DNA of 64,000 bases from NCBI GenBank assembly GCA_051294905.1, contig CM119382.1, positions 11,098,001 to 11,162,000 on the forward strand. The letters are read 5' to 3'. The stretch comes from Botryllus schlosseri. Taxonomy: Eukaryota. Below the pieces are notes generated by a model. The model was not told the origin of the DNA, made no database searches, and saw nothing but the letters and a program-made list of their open reading frames with translations. The position numbers and the translations under genes were made by a program. This document shows, piece after piece, positions 49,601 to 62,566 of this stretch (positions within the stretch are counted from its first letter, which is position 1; every line of letters starts with the position of its first letter).

Positions 49601-52100
49601 ATCGAGATAATAGTTTTGTCTGGCATTTAATAGAGAATTCAGCTATCCTTTGGTTGCGTATCTGATATGGCGGAAACCCAAATAGATATGTAGGTGTCTT
49701 AGGGTGCATTGCACAGATGCCGATCAAAATGTAATCTCCTTAATCGGGGATAATTTAACCCGTCAATAAGGTCACCTGGTGGCAGTGTTGCACAGATGCA
49801 GATTCCTCCGCGAGTTAAACTATGGCAGATGATTGACGTAAAATGACGCAATTGACTTACGTTGCCATCATGTCTGGGGTGTGTTCGTACCATTTTGCCA
49901 CTAGGATATCATGTCCGGGGTATGTTCGGTCTGCGTTGCTACTCTGACATCATCTCTGGAGTATGTTCGGACTATGTTGCCACTCGAACATCATGTTGCG
50001 GGTATGATCGAACTGGCTCACCACTCGGACATCGTGTCTGTGGTATGTTCAGAATGATCTGCGAGACATTCTGGGGCATTGAAGCGTCGATTAACTTTCT
50101 GAAGTACCTCTTTGACGATTCAAATTTGACCGATTAAAATTCTCCGATTAGTGGCTAATCGTCACCTGTGTAATGGAAGCAGGTCGATTACTGACATTTA
50201 ATCAGCGATCACGGATCAATGGCTGATTACTTATTGTTGTGGGTTATTTGTGATCTTCACATCTTTTATGATCGACGCAAACAAACTTATGCCTGTGCTT
50301 GGTTTGGCACTAGCAATTACTGTATGCGATCTTGTCGTCATTCCGATTCCTATTTGACTGCAGCGAGCTTTGGCAAGAGGAAGAAGCCGTCGTGGATAAC
50401 GCCAAGCAGGAAGTGGAGCTTCAAGGCCACGACGGTCATATTTACAAAGGCAGACTGCCCGTACTTCAACTGCACCAGGTCTGCTGATACATATTCGATA
50501 ACCATTCTCATTGATGTGGCGGATAGGCATAAGAGACGGAAAGGGTTGGGAAAACGCCCCAATATACAATCATATGCCTGAATTCCTCGTTGTGACTTGC
50601 CTATACTTAGCTTAGCAGTGGCATCCGAAGCAATGGTTCCGTATGAGTTCTTGTCTGACAGTTTCAACTTATATACAATGGTATTGCAACAGCAGTTTAC
50701 CTCCAATATGATGTATTGATTGAATGGATATATACAGTAGAATAGTATATGAATAAGTCTATCACATGATTGAAATACATAGTACATAGTCACGTGATAT
50801 ACAGAGTGGTACATACGTATCGGTATGGGTATATCTCATAATATATAATGAGTAGGGCGATATTTTTTACCTAGAAACGGAAGATTTTGACCTAAAAAAA
50901 CTGAATTTTGACCAAATTTTGACCTCATGTATGTGAATTTGGTGTTTTTGCACACAATGTTAAAATTGGACTACTTATTTTCATTTCTGGTTGGAACTGT
51001 CTGTCCTTACGAAGTAGTTTGGGCTGAAAAAACGTTTTTGGCTCAAAAACTGACAAATTTTTACATGAAAAAAACTAGCATTTCAACGAAATCTGGCTCT
51101 ATAAAAAATTCCAGAAGTTACATCACGCATTATGGTAGAAGTAATTGAAATTTGTTGTAGTACAACGAAAGATACTTTCATACATTCTTGGGTAGAAAGT
51201 GTCTGTCCTTACTGAGTAGCTTGCCAAGAATTGAGAAAGAGTGTACAACAGCGGCAGTTGTTCGCTGGCAACACTGAAGTTGTGCGTACACTGCTGGAAC
51301 ACACCGTGTTGCTTTATTCTGACAATGTTGTCTACATCACAATTTTTCAGCTTGCTCTTCTTGATATAAGAACCATGCAATGCCCAAGCAGCAGTCTTGC
51401 TCCAGTTAGGATATTGCGGTACGTTGACCATAAAACCATGTCATCCTATTTGTTTCATTTGACTGTTTATGATTCACAATGAGAAGACGATGGGTCGTTT
51501 ACAACGGTAGGCCTATAAAGTAGGCTGCAAGCTGTAAAATATCAAATGATAAGTTCACCGACAGTGCAAAATCTACGATACAAACAAAATGCAGAGGTCA
51601 AAAAATTTTGACTTTGTAAATAATTTTGACCTAACACTACAATTTTGACAAAATTTTGACATGTCAAAAAAATATCGCCCTAATAATGAGAGACCAGGGA
51701 ATATCTATCACGTTCACATTCACGCAAGCCCTCAATTCTCACGAATTCTCCTACCGTTATTTAACGCGTTTGTGATTCTCTCAGCACATGACAAACAAAG
51801 CTGCCACCTCGCCAGAAACGGTCTATGACGCGGTTTACGGCAACAAAAAAGGAATACCCACCCGTCCACGCTCCGCACGGTCCCCCACCAGACCTTTCTC
51901 GGCGGGACGAAGAACTCCGGCCAGCGTGGAGCGGCCCAGAACTGCCGGCAGATCGCCGTCCCACATTTCAGTCGCTACGCAAGATGTGCAAAAATCAGGT
52001 ATGGATTACCGTTTGCATTTGCTGTCTGTTGTTGTTTGCGGTATCCATGGTATTTTTGACTACAGTGGTCATTTACACCAGACCGAATTCAGCAACATAG
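31665..52100 (+). CDS. QRICH2/C16orf96-like coiled-coil protein with a DUF4795-type C-terminal domain (~976 aa, 23 coding exons)
   Basis: Phase-consistent GT-AG exons: 31665-31742, 33639-33732, 35633-35960, 37060-37141, 37228-37332, 37814-37897, 38848-38976, 40016-40189, 41295-41340, 41400-41488, 43400-43587, 44263-44533, 46029-46151, 46212-46286, 47075-47185, 47256-47356, 48022-48168, 48296-48397, 49135-49272, 49430-49531, 50364-50478, 51785-51998, 52066-52100 (2931 nt). Family motifs: [31 protein letters not shown] repeats, [64 protein letters not shown]. The 50478 donor is weak. Confidence 0.85.
31757..31832 (+). mobile_element. Short LINE 3' end in intron 1
   Basis: cctatcttttcattgtatc...tgtggtgttttgaaatgatg matches the 3' end of 21241-21492. 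Confidence 0.6.
31913..32500 (+). mobile_element. Complete hAT MITE with arrays of GACTCGAGTC palindromes
   Basis: TIR CAGGGCTGTAA / TTACACCCCTG; perfect TSD GCTCATAG. Confidence 0.9.
36746..36888 (+). mobile_element. Hammerhead-bearing dispersed repeat (family A monomer)
   Basis: ttccaattctctactagttgctgacgatta.cc CTGATGA...ccaagaagctctt, same unit as 62567-62710. Confidence 0.7.
36793..36826 (+). ncRNA. Minimal type I hammerhead ribozyme motif (family A), sense-strand intronic
   Basis: ATCC CTGATGA G TGTCAGC C GAAA ACAT TC GGGT. Confidence 0.6.
39081..39570 (+). mobile_element. 3'-truncated GACTCGAGTC-family hAT MITE
   Basis: Starts CAGGGTTGTAACCAAGTC; collinear with 31913-32450; right TIR missing. 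Confidence 0.7.
40932..41145. mobile_element. Rearranged family A hammerhead repeat (inverted 5' part 40932-41019, direct 3' part 41086-41145)
   Basis: The minus-strand motif 40939-40972 has TTGACGA (C3 to U change in the core); the direct part ends ccaagaagctctt. Confidence 0.65.
43848..43885 (-). ncRNA. Minimal type I hammerhead ribozyme motif (family B)
   Basis: Minus strand TCCGTTC CTGATGA G TCAGT C GAAA AGCT TA GAATGGA: 7-bp stem I with one G-U pair, canonical core, palindromic AGCT stem III, UA cleavage site. Confidence 0.75.
44660..45152 (-). mobile_element. Truncated inverted relative of the 50853-51682 element
   Basis: Ends AAAAATCGCCCTA; 44900-45152 is the reverse complement of 50853-51070; left boundary uncertain. 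Confidence 0.6.
49862..50060. repeat. Decayed copy of the foldback-arm minisatellite in an intron
   Basis: catcatgtctggggtgtgttcg...gccactcggacatcgtgtctg units. Confidence 0.65.
50853..51682. mobile_element. Non-autonomous hAT-type element with TAGGG termini
   Basis: TAGGGCGATATTTTT...AAAAATATCGCCCTA; subterminal TTTTGACC repeats; perfect TSD ATAATGAG. Confidence 0.9.
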
Positions 52101-54940
52101 CATTCCATTATGGTAAGCCCAGTGCTGGGATTCAGCCAGTTTGCACGAAATCTTATAAGATGACCGAACCGGTTAGCGTCAATGGTTACTCTTAAACACT
52201 TTCAATATCGGAACCGGCTGAAAAATATGACTGGCTGACAAAAACTTTGAATCCCACCACTGGATAACCCTACTGATAGGACAGGGGTGTGCAAGCTTTT
52301 GTGACCAAATGTAAACTATGCAGTGAAACGGTGGGGCTCACATAGGATTTGTTGTTGTTGACTAGTTGCAACTTACAAGGACCACCATCTCATTAAGAAT
52401 TGATAATGGTGATAACAAGTCTACTCAATAACACTTGGTATCGGACTAAATTTTGTCAAAGCCTTTGAGTGCGGAGTCCAAATATGCATGATTATTTGAG
52501 TGATTATATTTTGCCCACTCCCTTAGTTCACTTGAGCAGAGCCCAAACGTTTCCGACGAAACTAAATTGGAAATCGTTTGAAATTGTTATTTCTTCACGG
52601 GCTACACAATATTTCTCTATGGACCGCATGTTGGCCCCAGAGCTGTTGGTTGGACATGGACTGGACATCCTTGCATGAGTGAAAACTCTTTCCAAAAGCA
52701 TGTTACACCAGCTAACGATTATGTAAAGTTGTTTCCGTTAATGGCAACTTGCACTGGACGTGAACTACGCAAAGCTGTACAATTGTGTTACAGATATGCC
52801 AAATTCATTTTGTAAATCTTCATTTACTGTGTACGAAATGCAGGGGATTGACCTGTTTCGTGATTTTGTTTTCTAATTATGTGGGCTTTTATTGGATGGT
52901 GCTTGAGTATTCCACTTGATGGCTAATACTCGACTTGTCATCGAGTCACTTGACTATTTGGTTACGCATGGCCTCTGTGTCAATGATACTTGATCATATG
53001 GTCATTTGTTGTCAGATTCCATAATTTATAGAGTTTGAAATTTTTAGAAATTGAAATTCAGGAACTGATTTTGTGTTCTCAAATGCTCTTTTAGTTCATT
53101 ATTGTTAGAGGTAATTGTCTATTTTATTTGTTCGTTTACTTGTTATACATTTAGGACGGTATTCCAGGCAAGCATTTGCAAAGTATAAGAAACTATAGTT
53201 GATACCGTGTACTGCTGTTGACTAGGAAGCTATCATTTGACTTCTTTGCAGCCAAAGTAAACATTTTTGACATTGTGTTAGATTTCAAGTCCATTTTTGA
53301 TATAGTTTGTAGATAAATCAATAAAATTGTCTGTTAAAATGTCCTTCAACATGGCATATTTTGGGACTTGGGTTAAATTCATTTATTCTATTTATCACGC
53401 AAAAACAGCGACTCTGCAATAATTATACGTGTAACTTCTACCTTACGATTGCCACTCTATACAACCGATCCTTTTCTTTTTTAGAATCTCTCGGCGGTCC
53501 TATTTCGATGGCCTCTACGGTGGAACAGTAGAGAAGCATTTCAACACAACTTGATTTTATAACTAGCACTACTTATACGTCACTCTTAGCGATGTTTAGA
53601 TTTTATAAATGTACGCACTTCAAGCATGAATGATATCAATAAATAATGCCCTTAATTTATCAGCTATTCAGAATACGTTTCAAGTGTTTGTAGTTTTATT
53701 GTATCCTATTGCAAGAAACTATTGAGTATCTTCCAAGTCAACTTATTGGTTTCCGCCTCGTGTTTCCTTCAAACGAAAATGTGTACCAAGTATGAAACAT
53801 TGTGTTTATGTACTTTACTGTGACATTTTTGGTATAACTTGTATCCCCACTGTCTTATAATATTCAATGCAAGCGAGTCTCCTTCAATAGCATTACTATT
53901 GCTTGTCTTCTATTTCCATGTTTTCCATCCAGCAGTATATTACATCCCATGCTTCCGAATGTCTAAAGCCATAATAGTGTGAGCATGTAATTAGCAACCC
54001 GTTCAAATTTTCGTACTGTACTGACCAGCAGACTACTGTTTTCAAGAGCGACGAACATCTTGTACTAGGTGTTATCTTTGTTTACCACTATCATAGGAGT
54101 GGTAGTGACAAACTCCCCTTTATCCATTTTGTGATACAAATGTTGAATATCCTCAATAATAAATAATCATTTCATGTCGCAAGTCTGTTGTTGTGGTTGT
54201 TCTTCTTACGCTATCATTTGAATTGGGCATAATGTAGGGTTATCATATTTTGGAATCGGGAAAGGAAGACACTTTTATCAAATTTTAAAAGTTGGTTCGC
54301 CGAAATTGAAAATAGCTGATTTTGAAATATTTACTGTAAATGATGTTGTGTTGACTAAAAAAAAAGGTCATCACTTGGAATCGCCTCCCGTATTATCCGC
54401 TTTTTACTACACTAAAGTGGTGTTGACTAAAACGTCCGCATTACTTATTCGCGTCATTTATGCCGATTTTCAGTTGACCCTGTTCGTTAGCCTAACTGTA
54501 AGTGCTGTCTAGGAGGAAGATTTGCTAAAAGGAGGTCATGGCGTCCTTGGAGGACATTCTCAATTTCCGGGAAAATAAGGACTTATATATGGTATTGGTA
54601 ACCCTATACGATGAAACTTCATTTGTTGACACGGGAAAGAAATTTCGATCGTCTTTCGTTCGCCTACAGTCCTTTTGTCCTACACCGATTCCATAGTATG
54701 GAATTAATAGAGAAGATTTAGCAGCAGGACTCTCCAAATCGCCAACGTACGACAAGGTCAGTAAATGCAATGTCTCTTTCCCCCTGGGATTGATGGTATT
54801 GAATTGAATAAGTCCCAATCTGCGAGTCTAGAATTGCGAAATTCCTTTGCAAAAGAAATGGTTGTCGGCTAGTTCTAGTAGAAGAGACTTAAAGACGTTT
54901 TAACGCTGTAGATTGATTTTGATGCCTGATTACTGACGTG

Positions 54941-55176
54941 ATCAGTATATTGTTAAAAATTTCATCAGATCGATACACCACGAGATTCCTATACGATCAA
55001 AAGACAGCAAGGCGTCGAAACGACTTGGAGTAGTATTTGATAGCAGACACCCACTTTGGCCTAGGCGATGTAAAGAAGAGGCATGCACACTGCACCGCAA
55101 AGTAAACACTGAATGACAGAAATAGAATGTGGCAGAAAGTGACAAAATGATGTGGCATATGTGACGGAAAGCGAGG
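54941..55176 (-). mobile_element. LINE 3'UTR fragment (family of 20009-20733)
   Basis: Reverse complement of 20490-20720, including gacacccactttggcctaggcgatgtaaag. Confidence 0.75.
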
Positions 55177-58100
55177 TTTTACCATAGCCTTTATAAAGGC
55201 CATATATGGTTTTACTATTAGATCGTGGTCCGGTAATCTCGAGCGCTGTACCGTGGGTTAGTAACAGGGCTGGGCAAAATCTACTACCTGAGTTTCGATT
55301 GGTATTTCTTCGACCATATACTATACCTATTTCATTGAACTTTGTGGCAGTGCTGTGGGTTGGTCCCAACTTCACAGACATGTCATTTCCATTAACGTGA
55401 GTAGTTCTGTTTCGTATGCTACGACACGACGACCAATCGAGGATTACAGCCTTCATCAGCGGAATATAGTAGCGAGACTCTCGTCGATAAATTATCTCTT
55501 AGTGGCAAGGAGTGTATAATTTCAGTACTGGAATCATTGTGCCCAGCCCTACAGTTCGTTATCTATAGATATATTTCGACTGAAGTATTTTATAGTCCAG
55601 ACCGCCAGACTTCGTCTGAGATTTTTCTCGCTCTTGCGATATTTGGATTGATGATATATTGCTTTGCAAATAAATGATAGGCCCAGTTCCAGTAGCTAGT
55701 TAGTCCAGCTCAGTCTTGTGCTGTTTCTTGTTTGTGGTTTCCTAAAAATTCCGTAACGTGATTGCGATTGCCCGATGGTCAGCCTGATGAAGGAAATCAT
55801 CCGCTCTGATTGCCCATCGTCCTCGATGTCGACTGTGAGCGCAGTGTTGCATGGTTTATTCACACCTGGTGTTGGACGGAAAAGTAGACCACGGCAGTGT
55901 CTGGGAAGTGTCATGGTAATTCGTCATCACATTCACATCAGAAGACCGTCGTCGCCAGTGACCGCTGCGAGCATAGCGTGCCGAGAACGAGAAGCTCGCT
56001 CCGAGGTATCGGTAGCAACTGAATGTACCGTATGATGAGTATGTGAGTATATCGTTGCGTTTGGTGTGATGCGGCATTGACTATATATGTTCAGGTCATC
56101 ATTGTTAGTCTTGAAATTCCAGACAGAGTGAAGCTGTTCTAGTTTTTTGGAGAATGAGCAGAGGTTATTGTACATTAGTGACCAAACAATCGCACATAAT
56201 GCAAGATAGGACCCCGAAGGTGACCGTGAGCCGTGACCAGGGCGAGGTCTTGTGATATTGCCTTGTCGGTTGTTCTATGTAGTGGTACATCGCACAAAGC
56301 TGTGTCTCTTATTTGAAACGTTTTGACCAGTAATATTCCATTGCTCAGCAGTGTTACTGAATTGATGAGATGGCACAGTACAGCGTTGGCACGTCATGGG
56401 GCTTGAACCCCAGTTGAATCTGGCCACGGACAGGACCTTCCGCTAACTGTGAAACTGCTAGGCCCTCGGCACAGCAGGATTGCATGGAAATACCCCGGAA
56501 CCGGAAGGACTTAACAGACCCTCGCATCCCCCTCGTCAAAGTAACTCGAAGGTGCAGACGAAAATATATGCTCCCTTTTCTGTAGGGTAACAAATGAATT
56601 GATTTTGACCACTGGTATTGCGGAGCTTGTAGTCGGTCATCTCCTTCTAGATGTAACAAAGTGAACCTTCTTTGAGATTTATTGAAAAAGCTATTATCAT
56701 TATTAGTATGGACGTAGCCTCTATATCAGTATTAGCTAGAATATATCCGTTGAAATAGCTCAATTCAGCTGTTTTGAACAATTTTGACGAGAGTTTGTTA
56801 ATATCTGAAGAGGCATTTCTTACCATCGGAACACTATTGAGTCCATGGTGGAACACTTCAGACTTCAAACAATTTCTCTTACCACATGCCCTAATTGAAA
56901 CAATGTAGGCCGGTCTATTCAAGCACCCTGTTTGGAATCGGTGTCCTGTGCTCTCACTATGTTTTATTTTTTCATTATTTTTCATCAAATTACTTCAACT
57001 TGGAAAATCATCGCTGCTCACCTGATATATCAGGCGAAACGGCCAGCGATTCCAGTCATGTCAAGCACATTTAAGTTTAGACCACTGGCACTGCAGGATC
57101 GTCAATCGGTAAGCTCTTGTAAACCCACGACCACGAGTGCTGTATTTAACAAGTTTGTACTTCTATTTTGTTGTATTGATCAAAAATAATATTTTATCCT
57201 GTATTTCGCGTCATTCTGGGTCTTCATTGTCATCAGAACTTGCTAGACTACTGACTGTGTTTGTCATGCTATAAATTGCAGAAACTGTGACACTGTCCTG
57301 GACGTGAGACAAATCTTGAAATTTTCGCCCCATTCCCTTCAAGTGTGTGGATGTATGTGTTATGTACATATCTAAATCTCTCAAGTTCTTGTCTTGCCTT
57401 TTGACTCAAATATCTGAGTCTATATTTGGTCATTTTACAATGCCAAAATGTTGTAGGTTCGATTTTTGAATTAACAATCCTCCATGATTTTTACTTGAAT
57501 GGAGCACTAATGATTGCTGCATTGATGGAATACGAAGCACTAATTATTGCTGCATTCATGGAGTACGAGCGTGTGGCTGCGATTGCATGTTGTATTTCAA
57601 TGTCTGTAGATGCCAGTAATGACAGCTACTGAGCGCTTCGGATTTACGCTTCGATTACTTTCATTCTTCAATATTATTAAGCTCGAGTTGAGTTGTTGAC
57701 TGGATTTTAATGTCTGCATTAACGGAGTGAATGACCACATTAAACATTGTGAATGATACCAAGGCAAGATGGGCAGGGCATTGTATAGATATCGAAGCTT
57801 GTGGCATGATCATTGATCAGCCGTCCTGGATTAATCTTGGAGGTATTACATCTCATAACTTCATTCATACTCAATTGATGATGTCTGGCATTGGTTGCAT
57901 CACTCCCAAACCTGATCACATTTTTATTAGATATAAACCATCAAAGCTATCAGTGCGATTTCAAGTTGAATTTCAAATGTCGATTCATTTAATATTGTAA
58001 AATTCAGGGTCTATCGTAATTGTGATTTGCAGAACAATGAAAAGTCAATATTTCAAGCCCAGTCTACTGTTGAAAACAACTCTAGGAGCCCGGCTGATCA

Positions 58101-61100
58101 GAATTTTGATCTAATACAGATATTGCATATATTTTTGCTGATAGTGGAGGTATTTCATGCCGATGTCAAGATGGAATTAGAAATTCTAATTTGTGACTGT
58201 AATTTGAAAAAAATATCCCCTAATAAACATTTTTTTACAATAACACCCAGCAGAGAAAGAAATTAGTGTTCCCATTTAGACAGGCACAGGCCTACTTGTA
58301 GTTAAAGGAGCAACTGCATGAATTTTCGACTGCAAAGCGCGTGAAGATTCAATCTGCTTTGAGATATATTTAAAAAAAATTACAAGTTAGTATAGCCTAC
58401 TCAATTAACCTTATCTTAGGAAAGTTTTTGCAACTTTGTTTTTTACAGCTTTCGGCAGCTTCCCAAATACTTGTAAGATATGTAGAATGCTGTTTGAAGG
58501 AATCTTGTAGTGCAACTTTTGTCCATTTTTTTTCATGCAACTTTCCACGGATTTAACTGCAACAAAAACTTGCCCTAGTTTTAACCAAACGAGACATCGT
58601 ATGGGAAAACTTTTTCAGAATGAACAGCTGAACAAAATAATTCAATGTCAATGTTTCACCAATTGTTTACAAGTAGATAGGCTACGACATATCTTTTGAA
58701 ATCCCTGTAGTTAGTTAATAGATATCGAATCTGTGTAGCAATGACACATTGCAGTCAAGTTTCCTATGGCATTTTCAACAGTTGAGCTTTTTGTCACTGG
58801 ATGCGAGGTGGATTGCTGAATTTGGTGGTGACTGGTTAAAATTTCTTATTCGACCTAGTTCCGTGTACATGTACTAGTATGTCAACTCATGACTACCTAT
58901 TGTAGAGCTCTGTATCTGTAGACCGCTTATTCCTCTTTTCCTCCTAATTGTCTTTGTGATTACATTGCACATACCTTGAATAGTTTGAATCATAACCAGC
59001 AGCCCTCATAATGCTGGCAGACTGTGACTCTTTTTGCTCCAGTTCGTAGGTTAGTAGTTGTCTGATTGTGGTTATGACCATAACAGCGACTCATTATACG
59101 ATGCGTCATCTTCCGTTATGCAAATACAGTCATGATTGTGTTTCTTGTAATTAGCTTGTGTCAATGAAAGGCGGCTGTGACAGGCATCAGCTATCAATTG
59201 GTAGATTGCCAAACATGTAAATTGCGACTTAGTTTTGCCAGTCCCGGGTGTGCAGGGCATCGTACATGCATAGAATCCGCATGTCAAATATATAGTCATG
59301 ATTGTGCTTCCTTGTAATTTGTTTGTGTGAATGAGAAGAAGAATCAATGACCTATGATAGGTTAGGCGTTACCGCTAACTCTGGATTATTTAGTCTCTGA
59401 ATTGCCGGTGGAATTTCGTTATGAAGTCAGGTTTCAAATCGATTTTAGCACGCACGCGTTACACAGTGGATCCCGTTATCATTAGTGAGCCGGGAGTGGA
59501 AGAGCGAATAGCTTATCCGTTGTGATCGAACAATGCTCTCTCGAAAGTAAAGCGAACAGGAGGTCTGCGGGGGATCGATCGCACAGAGCGGCCCATTTCG
59601 CAGCTTTCGCGCACGATACGCCATTCATTATTCATTGCAGCTGCTTACGATTCGCGAACGGCCGCCCTGCGTAGGTCATACGCTTTCATCACTGACCTGC
59701 TTCGATCGAGAAGGTTAAACGCGCGCTCGCTACGAAGCCTTTCTCGGCCGCGCGTTTATTACGTCGATTCGAGTACTGCGACAAGAGCGCGGGGCGGCGA
59801 GGCGTGACCAATTGCTCTTCAATCTTATCGAGTGAACGCCTCTCGAGTCAGTACTGTGCTTTTTTGCCTCTTGGCGTGCGTTGCACAGGCCTGGCTCCCG
59901 TTTGGGAATTGGGAAACGCCTAGCTCGGCAGTTATTCAGCGGAGCATGGTTGTCAGTTGTCAGCCTAATCGTTATCGTGTACGTCGTCTTGTCTGTGGTA
60001 ATGTTATGTTAAGGCCGCCGTTACATCGGAGGAAAAGCGCGTCCATCGATCCGTCTCCCACTGTTAGCGAGACGCCCCGCTGGCTATTGATTGAGTAATC
60101 CGGCTTTGTTCGCTTCCCGCGTTCTCGGTGGGTGCCAGTAAGTTGAAGTAGTCGGTCATTGTAAGGTTGTTTGAGCTTATATCTTGTTCAGGTTTTATTC
60201 GAGTGCCGGGTTCTTTCCGAACGGCGGAAACTTCATACGTTTGTGCGTCTCGTGTCATTTTTGTATTATGCAACTTGTTCGTTTCATGCTAGTTGCATAG
60301 TAACAAAAGTGATCATTCGACGTTGCAGAATAGCATCTATTCCCGTAGTATCGCGAAGGCTCGCAGTTACGGGCGCGCAGCTATCGAACGGGTAGTAGGC
60401 GGTGTTATGTCTGCCATCGCCTCGGGTTATCGTAGTCGCTCTCGGCACCGGCTTCGACATTTCGATTTGGTAACGAGACTCCGTCAGCCTACTGGTTTCC
60501 TCGACTCTAATATTGCATCGCTATGCCTAACGAGGCTCGGCTTTGATATAGCTACCGAATGGAATTTGAACTGCCGCGATCTCCCGCCGCCTGCGCTCGT
60601 TGTAAAAGACTTCATTGAATTCGGCTCCCGTGTTGACTCAAGGCGGCATGCGTGTTGACGAATATAACGGGTTACATCAAGAGAAGGTTTCAGTTCCATT
60701 CGAGCTTAGTGTAGCTCTCGTTACTTGACATAAATTCCCCTTGTCGACTTGTGTTACCCGTACTGAGCGCGCTTATTTTTCGATAGTAAGTCGATAGTAG
60801 TAAGATATTTCGATATACCGGTTCGGCTCAAAACTCGAATTCAGGCTCCGTTCTCCGTCTCAAAGCGAGTCCCCTTCTTTCGTAATAAAAACGCTTGATG
60901 TTACGATTTATTCCGAAACAATCGTCTATAAATCGCGAATGCTGTCTCGCGATTTGGAATGGCGTGCATAGATTTATTGGACTCTGTAGTCAACTCTGCC
61001 AATACGATTCCATGATAATGTATTATATATATATATTTATGTATTCCCACGGTTGAGTTAACTCTATGAGCGAGAATCAGTATTGATCGTGGGATAACCG

Positions 61101-62096
61101 ATTACTGCGCTTATGATTGTAGTCCGTTACGGAACAGTGGAAATGTAATGAAATTACGCGGGTCCAAGCAACCTGACGCAGTGACATTTCAAATGAATCG
61201 ATTATGACGCTACAAGCGAATGCGTTGCGGTGCGAACCTGGGATTAAAATTTCGTCGTAGGCGAGGCATTCGGAATACTGTTTTGTAATATCGACCTCCC
61301 TTTGTTGTATTTTCATCATGAATGTTCTTCTACGGCGGCTGTCTAGTGGTACCCTCGAGTTGCCCCACCATCACGTTGGTGCTACCTTTGCGGAGGTTAC
61401 TTACGGAGGTGGGCGTTCTAACACATTGTAAATTCGATATTGGCGTGCGCAGTGCAGCATTTGCTCGTGTCTAATTCTACTGAATTTTCGCCCTATGAAT
61501 TATTCAAGTGCCAACATGGATAGCGTCGTTGAAGATATTTATTCGCCTGTCATAACAGCGAGTTCAGGCTACGGGAACGGTTTGCGATGGGTACTGGTCG
61601 GAAGTATATATCTAATTATCCACTACGATGGTTTCCTCTCGAGATCATATGTCAGGAGTGATGAGTGACCCTATTCGTGTTGAAATGATGTGATGCGTAA
61701 CGATATTCCTTTATAATCATCCCAGGTAACAAAACTACACTGGTTAACATAGATTGCGCCATTATACATCTGCTGCTGCACCTCAGGTACCGTTATCTTC
61801 TCTTCATCAACTTAGCGAATCTAACAGCTACCGATACATTATAATAACCGTCTTCACTTGCACCACCCATAGGCATGGCACAATTTTATTGGGTATAAGT
61901 CTTGTGAATTGAGCACGTTATCGATTTGAAAACTCGTAAGAAAAGTGAGACTTATAGCCGATTTACGGTCACCAAGTCCTATCGTGGTAATACTGCACTC
62001 GTGGCCAATGGCCATGTGAGGTTTTCTGTTCATGGAAGCCTGTAGTTATATTTTTCGCGATATATGATAAGAGTCTATTGGTTGCTGGGATTGTAG

Positions 62097-62315
62097 GGCG
62101 AAATGCGTCGGCGACGGCTTCAAAATCGACGAGAACATTCAAATCGAGGGTTCGAGTCCGACAGACGGAGCAAGACGTCGAGCGACTGTATCCTTCGACG
62201 AAGAGGATGATACTGGTTTGTATAAAAACAAACAGCAAAGGATTAGCCGGCTGATAATCTTGCAGGAGCGAAAGTTTTCGACAGTGACATTGCGTCACGG
62301 GTCAATTATGACGAA
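62097..62315 (+). CDS. Candidate coding exons of an unidentified gene
   Basis: Possible exons 62097-62215 and 62266-62315 with a 50-nt GT-AG intron (CTGAT branch-like motif), reading AKCVGDGFKIDENIQIEGSSPTDGARRRATVSFDEEDDTGAKVFDSDIASRVNYDE. A second frame is also open and no flanking exons were secured. Confidence 0.35.
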
Positions 62316-62566
62316 GTGAGCAAAGGACGGCATAATGTTCGAAGTCGCTAATTGCGGGGCGAACGCACCCGTGGCCAGACTTGACAACTGGATATAATTC
62401 TAGTTTTTTAATTAGAGCGAAATGCCGGTAATCTGATTCTAATATCATCTGTTTCTTTGCTTCAATTAGAATATAATTTGCGAATTGATGCTATGCTCTA
62501 AATTCAGGTGTCTCTAACAAGCGGCCCGCGAGATTATTGTGCGGCCCGCGTCGCCGTTTCAGAGTT

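Noticed and set aside
51352-51418. Apparent AG...GT exon before the penultimate exon
   Set aside because: It lies inside the TSD-flanked element 50853-51682 and would shift the frame into a stop
52400-53400. Traces resembling old LINE RT motifs (LNFVKAFE, LDFKSIFD); similar traces at ~42450-42620
   Set aside because: Too degraded to delimit or classify by eye
55784-55800. CTGATGA followed closely by GAAA
   Set aside because: No room for stem II and no stem I/III pairing; other isolated CTGATGA/CTGACGA hits (e.g. ~2025, ~38225, ~47010, ~55455) also lack the rest of the core
55856-56700. GC-richer patches with short ORFs on both strands
   Set aside because: No consistent exon chain or recognisable domain
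56647-56988. KHSESTGHRF... resembling the end of a Penelope GIY-YIG domain
   Set aside because: The upstream frames contain stops and no GIY/YIG motifs were found, so an autonomous partner for the hammerhead repeats cannot be claimed here
59700-59760. HDV-like ribozyme interpretation of the interleaved stems
   Set aside because: No P3/L3, P1.1 or P4-J4/2 elements
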